Source: Tubulanus polymorphus (taxonomy: Eukaryota > Animalia > Nemertea). Taken from it: 64,000 nt of DNA. The DNA lies in NCBI RefSeq assembly GCF_964204645.1, contig NC_134027.1, positions 11,192,485-11,256,484 of the forward strand, written 5' to 3'. Positions 24,675 to 54,758 of this stretch are shown piece after piece. The position numbers and the translations under genes were made by a program. The first letter of the stretch is position 1, and each line of letters starts with the position of its first letter. The notes under the pieces were generated by a model. The model worked only from the letters and a program-made list of their open reading frames with translations. It was not told where the DNA came from and made no database searches.

Positions 24675-25757
24675 TTAAAGAATGGTCGGTTTAAAAGTGC
24701 AGATCTGCACCGCTCGTGATTGATACAAATTACTGAATTACAAATCACTGTTCTAGCTTCAGAATGTCTCACTGAATCCAATGCAGTGATATATTTCATG
24801 ATATTTTCACTAGAAAGTAGATTTTTGGCCCGGTTTTTATCTAAGAACTGTGACGATCTTTCAATAGGACGCCATATTGGATTGGGAAATCTTAGGTGAA
24901 GATTTGCAGAAACGATGTGAGGGTAATCAGTGCACAAAACTAATCACATTTTTGGCAACAGCCACTGGGATTATTAATGCTCCCTAGCCACATTGTCTGA
25001 TGTTTGTTGAACTTCAGAAGAAATCTTATTTTTCTTCCTCAAATTGAGTGTTTCAGGAAACATTGTTTCAACAAATATTCTAAACAAATCTTCACTTTAG
25101 ATACACCCATCCAATATGGCGTCAGGTTAAAAAATTGTGATCTTGAGACAAAATCCAGGCTAAAAAACTACTTTCTAGTGAAAATTTCATAAGATAAACC
25201 ACTGTACTGAATTGCTGATGACATCTTGATTCTAAAACAGTGATATCTAAAATGTAATTGATTGAACCATTTACGAGAGGCGGTCATCCTTATTACCGAG
25301 ATGATGTATTTTACCGAGATGAACCGAGATCAACCGAGATGAAATTAAATATAACACATTTATTTATTCCATATCGATTTTAACCATTGAAATCATATTA
25401 TATCAGTAATAAATGCCTGCTGGGTTCATATTTTACAAATTTTGTCGGATATTTTTGGAAAAATAACTTTTAACTTTACCGAGATGAGATCGTCGATCAA
25501 TCAAAGCAATGAAATTTTATTGCTAACCGAGTTTACGTTTTAACCGAGTCAAAATTTTTTTAAATAAAAAAATATGTAAAATATGACTCTAGGAGGTATT
25601 TATTACTGATATAACGTGATTTCAAGTGTTAAAATCGATAAGGAATAAATAAATGTTATATTTAATTTCATCTCGGTTGATCTCGGTAAAATACATCATC
25701 TCGGTAATAAGGATGACCCACGAGAGGAGCGGATCAGCCCTTTTACCGAACAGTGTT
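24675..25757. mobile_element. Old long-TIR element interrupted by a younger MITE
   Basis: Left arm 24675-24886 is the diverged reverse complement of 25106-25280 plus 25728-25757. Confidence 0.7.
25281..25719. mobile_element. Long-TIR MITE with 8-bp TSD (MuDR/Merlin-like)
   Basis: TIRs of about 160 bp, GGTCATCCTTATTACCGAGATGATGTATTTTACCGAGAT / ATCTCGGTAAAATACATCATCTCGGTAATAAGGATGACC. ACGAGAGG is duplicated at 25273-80 and 25720-27. Confidence 0.9.
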
Positions 25758-26182
25758 ATGGTTAGGTTAGGTACATAACCATTAGGGACACTCCAAGTAG
25801 GTGATATAGGCCTATTGGATGATCTGATAAGCTACTAACTATAAGTAACCTCCAAACTTCCATCAATTTAACGGGCCCTGACCCGTCAGGTGTCCGTCTA
25901 CTGTGGACGGGGTCATGGATGTGCTATAATCGGATGGTATGTGAACTATCTGGTTGTGAAACTAAACCAACAGCATTATTCTGCATATGCTGGGATTTTA
26001 GAGGGGCTGCATTGAGTAATGCGCAGAGTAAAGTAGTCGCACATTAAATAAAATAATGAATAAATTTTTGAATTGAATTGGGCATGATGAAACCAGACTA
26101 AATTAAAGTATCCTCGAGGTGTTTCGACATTCGGGAGCTATCTAAATAAAGATATCACCAATTATTCTATCCAATCACTTAC

Positions 26183-26345
26183 AGTGGTCCAATTGTTCCT
26201 TTCCTATTATTCTAAATTACAGCGTAATTTCACTTATTTGAAATCCACATGATTTGTTCACGGAGGCTGCCATTTTGAATGGTCGTCTTGATTACTAAAA
26301 TAAACTCGCAGAAATATCTACGAGCGGGCGGGCCGGGCCGTCCGG
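26183..26345 (-). promoter_or_regulatory. Probable REXO4 promoter and first non-coding exon
   Basis: Minus-strand donor GTAAGT at 26182, YY1-type CAAAATGGCAGC at 26277-26266, GC-box-like GGGCGGGCCGGGCCG at 26326-26340. Confidence 0.5.
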
Positions 26346-26564
26346 CCTTTATCGTTTTGGAAATTATGACAAATTTTAATCATATTCAAAAAACTAAATG
26401 AAATGTGATATATGAATGTTTAGAATATCCAAATGATGTTTAATTTGTCTAAAATTTTTAATAATACCGTGTGCCTAGATTGTCTTATCGCTTTGCTACT
26501 TCTATTGATCCGGTGTTTCTTTTTGTTATTTCGAAATATTTTTGAGTCCTTCTGAGAAAGTCTC

Positions 26565-27184
26565 AAAACAATGGCTTCTTTAGTTTGTGGAAAATCTGTG
26601 ATCATTCCATTGGTTAACGACAGCAGAATGAAATAGATCCGGAACCATCTCGCCTGCAAGCTGCGAATCAATCAATGCAAACAACCAACATTAGAGGAAT
26701 CATAGACCCTCCCTAAAGGATGGCAGCTTCGTAAATCCTCCTTTCATATTGCCAGTCTCCATATTGTGGCAAATAGTGATTGGAACCAAGATCCAGTTCC
26801 ACAGTTCGACTCTAGAATTATAACGTTGAAAATGAACTGATTTTAACTAACTCGAACTCACAACTGTGGAACCGGACCCAGACTTTTAACTGATCTAGGC
26901 ATTTTCATATTAAGTTGATAGACTCTTTAATCCCAATGACAATTTATAATTGCCTACACACTCAATTCCCAAATGTTATTGGTTGTCTTCAGTGCGACAC
27001 ACTGTACCCCGAGATTGTTCAGGCACAATTGTTTTGGCGCAATTGACAAAACCTCTACTTACAATGCATGTTATATAAGCTCACTGACGTGCGGCGACTT
27101 ATTGACAGTCGGTTAATTAGGCCTACAGCATTTGTGTAATTAGAAATGAGCTAATGTTGAATAATAGAAAGATCCGATATTGAC
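26565..27184 (-). pseudogene. Collapsed relic of a copine gene duplicate
   Basis: 26565-26692 is a copy of copine exon 30537-30639 plus flank, frameshifted and with the acceptor AG lost. About 26874-26936 resembles intron 30756-30825. 26964-27184 resembles 39029-39240, upstream of the copine ATG. Confidence 0.8.
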
Positions 27185-27438
27185 GCCACACCACCTACTA
27201 AAATTGTCTCTACCTTTTTTCAAAAATGCCCCTTTTGAATGGTTAGGTAGTCGAAATTGTATCCTGGATCTGCCCTGACCGTGAAAAAGGGAATCAAACA
27301 TGCAAGCACCGGAGTCCTCTACCACAGCGCTCAAACCACCTGAACCAATAAGCCAAATTGCCATAAGTTTTCTGCAGTTGAAAAGGTCGCCATTTTGTTT
27401 TCGTTAATCTACCGTTTGATTGCATGCCTAATACAAAC

Positions 27439-27480
27439 ACACCTGACGATGATCTCTAGGGTGAGATCGAAATGTCGTGT
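27439..27480 (+). ncRNA. Minimal hammerhead ribozyme motif (PLE type)
   Basis: ACAC CTGACGA T GATCTC TAGGGT GAGATC GAAA T GTC GTGT: stem I ACAC/GTGT, perfect 6-bp stem II, GUC site at 27474-76, AATAAA at 27501. Confidence 0.65.
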
Positions 27481-27685
27481 ATTCTATATTTTTTAGATTG
27501 AATAAATAAATTCTTGTTTTTAAATTCTTTTAACTGCCCGTTTGGAAATAATGACAATCTTAATTGAATTTAAAAAACAAATGGAATGTGATTTATGATA
27601 AGGACCACTAAATAATGTTTTGCTACTAGCGACTTGTGAAGCCGATGCAACACTGCTATTCTCTAATTAGTAGCAAAAGCAAACA

Positions 27686-27857
27686 CAGTCAAATTCGTTT
27701 AATTTGGATTGGCTTAATCCGGATTTTGGTCTGATCCGGACAATATTTGCAGTCCATTTGTTCATTAATAGACCGGAAAATGACTCAATCCGGATTTCCC
27801 GTAAACCGGATGAATTTTGTCGGTCCTAAATGATGCGATTTAAGCAGATTCTAACGT
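27686..27857. mobile_element. Tc1/pogo-like MITE (CAGT termini)
   Basis: CAGTCAAATTCGTTTAAT ... ATTTAAGCAGATTCTAACG. Closely similar copy at about 61694-61843. Confidence 0.7.
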
Positions 27858-29429
27858 AAAATCGGCTAACCCACACAGTTTTTGCTATGCAACGTACAGA
27901 GGTTAACACGCCCCCTCAACAACTCTTCTTTCATAAATCATACAATTCTTCTTTTATATATATGAAATGTATGATCGAGTAGGGTCGACTTTTCCTCCGG
28001 TTTTTCAAAAATCAAGACAAATTACAAAATTAACAGTCAATCATCTAAATTATAAATGTGATATAATAATGTGGAATATTCAATATGTCCTAAAATAAAG
28101 TTCTAACAATTAGATTTGCGTATAAAATATAAAATCTATTTTTCAGGTTTACAATACAATATGGTAGATTCAATAAAATTCCGCATTCGGATGGGATACA
28201 TGTACATAAAAAAGTTTCATAGGAAGAATTTGGATATTTGGAGTTAGTACGACTAACTGGCCGAACTTATATATAAAATAAAACATCAAATGTTAAAAAT
28301 TGATTATTTAGTGTACAATTAACAAAATATTCAGTCACTTATTCATAAATGCAGAGGCCCGATTGATGAACTCCAGAATTCTCACTTTTTTTTACATCCT
28401 TACAATTGGCATTTTCAGATTTTTTATCACAACAAACTACTAGGATTTTTCTCATACAATTTTTGAGATCAAGGTACAATAACATTATATGCACTTGCTG
28501 TCATCACAATCAGGAAAAATTAAAATAAGATTTTTCAAACTATTAGCCACCTGTTCATAAATTCTACAGAGTAGGGCATAACACAGGATTAAAACATCTA
28601 AAATATTTTCACACACATTTTTTTGGAATCTTTCACTAATTTTCATGATTTCTCACAGGTTTTTCGCATCTGTTTGTAATTTCTAAAGCAGTGATCCATT
28701 TTCACAATTTTTCACATCAATCTGACCCCTGTAACAGTAAAGTGGCAAATATACCCATCGCATAGGAAGCAATCACTCATTTGTGAAATGAGGAAAATAA
28801 TGAAATCACAGATAGGAACGAGGAATACAATAGGGTTTTCTGACAGACATCAGGAAACCCTAATAACGTGAAAGAGGGAAGCATGCTTTTCCTTGGACTG
28901 ACCCAGTCAATTTTAATAGGATATATTACCACTCAACTTAGTGTAATGGTAGTTCAATTACTACATAGTTGCATTGGTTAAATTGGAAAGACAGGGAAAA
29001 TAGGATATAAATATATATCTATACAAATGTTCAGACGTATATACATATAAATCAGTTATGATATAGCAACAAATACAATAGTATTATCGATACAATTATC
29101 AATACCTTAACAAAACGAATGCACAGTATACACAAGCTTCAGGGCTTCAGATGATCTTGAAACTTTTATGCTGATAGTATGCCACTGACTGTTATATGAA
29201 AATTGCTACACATAAACCAGTATACTGGGTGTACCTGAATTGTAATATTGGCCAGGCACAAGAGAACTCTTGAAATATTGAGCAATAATACAGCAGTAAC
29301 CATATCAATTATTTAAGTATTTAAGTTGTCATGTAAGAAATACAACGGAACCATCATTCTCTTATCCTACACGACAAACATCCCTGCTACTAAAATAATG
29401 TACAGATTCAACGTTACTGCAATCTGGTA

Positions 29430-38280
<8,851 letters not shown>

Positions 38281-40524
38281 ATTCAATGATGAGTACTCTT
38301 TTTAACTTGACTAGTAAGCTCTGAAAGGGAAGGCTAAAATTGTTAGGCAACAGCGGAGGGCGTGGGACATGTGCCAATTGTTCAAAAGTTGAGACGAGGT
38401 ATTTAGTAGACCTAACATATTACAGCTGGATAATGAGGGTTGGTTCATTTTAGGTTAACACATTCACTGCCTGCGCTGAATATACCCGTTCTGCTACAAA
38501 TATATTCGTAGCTGAATTTTCAGTCAGGCATAGGCCATATTTCAGATTGTTTCAATTAATAAATTCTCGATTTTAAATTTCTTTTAATTTGTAAATAGTG
38601 GGTTTTTATCTTATCATAGGCCTAGGCCTAGAGGAATGACACAGTTACTGATTGGCTTGAAATGTGAACTAAGTTCTCAGCTTCATTCCCAATGCTCATT
38701 CTCAATGGTCAATTTCGAGCAAAGCAAAGGCTGACTATGTAACAGCTCCAGTGCCAACCTACAAACAAGTACTCTTGGAAGCTGTTGTGCCAATTATCAC
38801 GCAACATTTATTGCACAAAATTGTTTTTGGCCGAAAATATGCAGCGGTTTGCCAAGTGCATGCAACAAGTCTTAGCAACAGTTGTGTTAGAAAATCTGTT
38901 CGATTAGCAGATGTTCTATCATCTCTACATGTTATATCAACACCTCAAAAATATATACTTCACTGACAGTGACACTGAGGTGAATAATCGATTGAATTGA
39001 ATTGAAATTGTTATGATTCCAGACACAAATTCCCAACAAACGTCATTGGTTGTCTTCAGTGCAACATACCCTGAGATTGTTCAGACACAATTGTTTTGCG
39101 CAATTGACGAAACCTCTATTTATTATGCATGTTACGAGGTCATTACTGACGTACAGTGACTAATAGATAGTTGGTCAATTAGTGGATTTCTAAAATTAGA
39201 AATGGGCTAATGTTCAATTATAGAAAGGTCCGATGTTGACAGTAAAATTAGAGTAGGTTCGAATCCCATCTAATTCAAGAAATATGTGAATGCTCAAACA
39301 CCGTAATTGAACCCCATACATTTCCTATAAATATTTGCCTTAAAGGTCCTGCAGATTGTTTTATCTCCTTAGAGGTGCCATCGATCAATAAAAATACTTT
39401 TTCCAGTTACCACTCTCAAGTGGTGTTTAATCTTATGGTCTAATAAATGTTAACTAACTTAAAGAACCATCAAGATAAAATGCCAGCCTGGGGCTAGTTG
39501 CTCAAAGATAACGGCGGATAAATACCGTAGTAACAATGCACTTATAATTGTCACTATGTCAACTATCCACTGATTAACTATAACCAACTTCCGAGCAACC
39601 GGCCCTAATCTAACTTGAATCCTCGAATGCGCAACTGCCCCCCAGATATCGGCCAAATCTTATGGTCCCAAAAGATCAAAGAGTGTGAAAGAAGTTTACT
39701 GTTTAAAGATATAAAAACTTTATTCTGTATGAAAATAATATCACAATGCTTTAACCAGATATTATTCAATTAAGATTCTAAATATTTAACATCCATATAA
39801 GCTCAAATCAGCTTATATAAAACAAATACATTTCGAGATGATTAATGAGGGTTCCATGGATTCCGTCCAATTTACGTAATCCTGAACAGTTTCATCGAGA
39901 TTTTGATCTTATCCAGACATTATCAACAGTCAAAACATAGACCAATACATACGCAGGGCTGCCAACCTCTAATGTAGAAAGTGCTATCAGTAACAATTTG
40001 TTTTTTTTTACAGTAACATTTCATTGAAATACTAAAGAAAATGTTCAAATCAATTTGTAATCAACAGTAAGACCCTCAGTAACGTCTTTCATATTTCTGT
40101 ATGCATCAAACAAATTGAATCAGTATTTCTCATTATGAAATAGTAACAAATACTGTAAATCAGAAACAGTTGGTAGCTCTGCATGGCATGTTTTATCCAT
40201 TTTTCAATTACTCAAATGATCCAGATGAATTAGTAAATACATTGTCTATTACAAATTAAGAGGTGCATTTGAGTGGTGCAAACCAATTAGATATCAGTTT
40301 TAATTACACGGTTTTTGAGGCTTTATCAGCACCGGTTTATGCAAATGTCACGTAGATTTTCTTTGATTGAAGAAGATGGTGGGGAACAACATTTCTCTGT
40401 TTCAATATGCCGCCATCTTGGTTGAGTCAGTCTACTCTAATCACAGTTGGGTCCAGTAAACTCAAACCAGTCATAACAACTTAGCGGTCTAATCGGTTTG
40501 CTCTAAATAAACTAATACAATGAA

Positions 40525-40696
40525 CAGTAGAACTCACTTAATTCAGATGACTAGGGACTGCCCAGATTTCTCCGAATTAAGTAAAATCCGAATTATCAAT
40601 AATAGTTTACGTGGTTCCAGGTTAAATGGACCAGATATTTCATCCGAATTAAGTGAAAAACTGGATTGAAAAATCCAAATTAAGCAAGTTCTACTG
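40525..40696. mobile_element. Tc1/pogo-like MITE
   Basis: CAGTAGAACTCACTTAATT ... AATTAAGCAAGTTCTACTG. Near-identical truncated copy at 44035-44137. Confidence 0.8.
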
Positions 40697-41102
40697 TTCA
40701 GCTCTACAGTATTACTTCTTTAGCAGGAGATATCGCCGCTAAAGTTAGAACATGGGTTCATAAACAAGAGTTAGAACTACGATGATAAAATTGAAATATT
40801 TTTCTAGTTTTTCTAGTACACAAATGCATTTCTAGTCAGGAGTATTTAATTCAGGGCAGATTTATTTACAGTACCACTTCCACTTGTAGATCCATTAAGT
40901 GTGATTCAACCTAGACTACACGACTGTCCAAACTACATATCCAGAATTCAATTTCAAATGAATAAGTTATATCAAGCTTCAACTGGACAATGAATGGTTA
41001 GTGTATTGCACAATTAAAAAGATGCAAATATCTGGTTTTTTGTAAATGCAGCGAAAGCAGATAATGCTATGCACCAAATAATTTGTGAATATCATGCATT
41101 AT

Positions 41103-52480
<11,378 letters not shown>

Positions 52481-52519
52481 TTCTTACAAGATGTTTGATC
52501 TTATTTTGATCAAAAATGA

Positions 52520-52806
52520 AAATCATCAGGGGTAGGGGTAGGGATTCCCTCATTTGAAAATGACGTCACTCCCGCGTATACTCAGGGAGCTCCCAGGTGG
52601 CAGGACTTGACTGCACGCGCGTGGTGAAGGCCCTTGGCGTTAATGTTGAGAACCCTGTAGAAAGCGATCACCCAGCCGCTTTTCGGCGATAGGCTTCAAC
52701 GTTGATTTTGGAGACCTTGATAAAGACCACGTTTACGCTACGGTGTGCGACGGCATTGGATGATGATAGAGAGATATTCTCGGTAGAATAATAAAGCACC
52801 CTTCTG
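52520..52806. promoter_or_regulatory. Bidirectional HELLS/RBM39 promoter region and probable RBM39 non-coding exon 1
   Basis: Perfect CRE TGACGTCA at 52561-68, TTTGAA (CHR-like) at 52553-58, CTCCCGCG (E2F-like) at 52569-76, plus-strand donor CTG|GTGAGT at 52806/7. The matching acceptor is TTTTTCAG at 54721. Confidence 0.55.
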
Positions 52807-53213
52807 GTGAGTTGCGACCGATTATAGCGAGTAATTTTTGAATTTGAAAAAACCATTGGTACCCTAGCCCAAAATTTTAAACTCGGAAAGGTGTGTTTGA
52901 CGGGTTATTAAATAGGGAGACCCAGCCGGGCCTGACGCAAACAAAACGTCACCCCACACCGCAACTCGCACAACAAAATTTTTGCCGACCAAAGTTGACC
53001 AAATAGAATTAAAAGCATCTTCTTGGGTACTACACGTACCCATCAAAAATGAAAAGAAAAGCAAGTGTTTTATTTCTGATCCCTCCTTTTTGGCAGGGGT
53101 TTAACCTGTGGTGTCACAACAGGATTCAATTTGTTTGAAATAGATTTGCACAAACGGTTGCTGTTTGTAGGAAAATTGTCTCGTTCATACCGGTTTTTCT
53201 TAAACCTTTACAC

Positions 53214-53287
53214 CTAAATGGTTTACGTTAACCGACTAAATGGTTTACGTTTTTACCGACTAAATGGTTTACGTTAACCGACTAAAC
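53214..53287. repeat. 22-24 bp minisatellite (about 3.3 copies)
   Basis: Unit CTAAATGGTTTACGTTAACCGA. Confidence 0.9.
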
Positions 53288-53469
53288 CGTTCGCCGAGCA
53301 GTCAGTAAGATCAAACCGACATCCAGTATTGCGTAGGCCTAGTAAGGAAATTTCCGCTGTCAGCAGACTCGAACCGACATTTCCTTCTGTCACATTTGTT
53401 CTCACGACGGAAAACCGTCTTATGACGCAATTAACCGATACAAACTCGTTTTGTTTTCAAACGTTTGCG

Positions 53470-53713
53470 CCCCTGCTATGGCATCGCAACGGCGTGCTGT
53501 GAATGCTTTCCTGCGAGAGTGCGCTACAGTACAACCAACAGAAGGTTGTTGTACATGCGCTGTGTTACGGAGGCTCAATCAGAAATCATATGGGTTATTT
53601 TAGCCCGGGTTGTTCCAAGCTTGAGGAATCCACGATATTTGCCTCGGCATTTGTAGTAGGCATTACTACAACCGGCAATCTGATTGGCATTGCAGGTTAA
53701 AATCCCTGCATAG
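53470..53713 (+). ncRNA. Candidate structured RNA element of unknown class
   Basis: At least seven adjacent or nested helices; G-U pairs form only on the + strand (details in findings). Confidence 0.45.
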
Positions 53714-54758
53714 ATAAGATGTCTCCTATATGGATAGTCACAAGAGTTTCGCGAGGTTTGCTATACAGCCAACAAATTTCGGGCCAATTCGAGTAGTTAA
53801 TTTAGTTATAATCCATTTGAGTCGGACCTGATGGGAACAAGATTTTTGTAAGAGATAAGTGAATCTGACTTATAAGAAAGATATCGTTTGTTGCTATAAT
53901 TAATTCTCAATGGATTTATTAATTATAGGGTTATTAAAATGAATGTGTACGTGGCCTTGTACGAGGAAAATCCGCACAAAATCTTGCAGCTGGATATGTC
54001 AGTCGGATGCGACCATCAGACTGCATTCTGAATCTGATACATGAATCAATGGATCAACTGAACATTCGGACCATAGTATGGTCATCGCGCGTCCAAAAAT
54101 CAGTCTTATTATCACCGAACACAAATATGAAAAGAGTCATTTCTTTTAGACACTACCTACATGCATAACTAGGGTGGCCACCTACCAGGAAATAAGGAAA
54201 AATTCGGGGAATTTTTATATGGGATAGCTCGATTGTGTAAAATCAAACACTTTCCATCTTTGTAACTGATATAATGATAAGTGTCTTATATCCAGCGAAG
54301 CTGCTCGGAGCACTTTGATTTTTTTGTATTCATTGTTTTCAATAAGAAATTAACAAGCCAGGTCCCTTTGAAAAACAGAAGGTCACAGTTCGGGAAACAA
54401 AAGCTGGTTTGAAAAAGCAGGCGGGTCCTTTACAAATGACAGACGGGTCTGGGACCTGGCGCGTTGAAAACACTGGTATTATTACCCCAGCCATTTAATA
54501 CTCTAATACATATCGGTCATCTCTCCCTGGTGAGAAGTAACAATTGCTAACAATTGCTCAGGAGTCATCTATGCCTTGATGTATTAGCTGTGTTTATTTA
54601 TAGGATTCTTTAAGAAGAAATTGCGTGCATGTCGGGAAACAGGCAGGGAATAAGCAAAGTTAAATCAAAGTGGCCACCCTGATAGATGAATCTTGGTATA
54701 AATATGAATTATATTTTTCAGGATTATTGAATAAAATAGATTGAATAAAAAAGACACA

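Noticed and set aside
26420-26671. 83-aa ORF as a functional alternative copine exon
   Set aside because: It lies downstream of the stop-containing last exon, lacks the acceptor AG and is frameshifted; treated as a pseudogenic relic.
53214-53287. Possible CRISPR-like array
   Set aside because: Head-to-tail repeats with no unique spacers, eukaryotic context, no cas genes.
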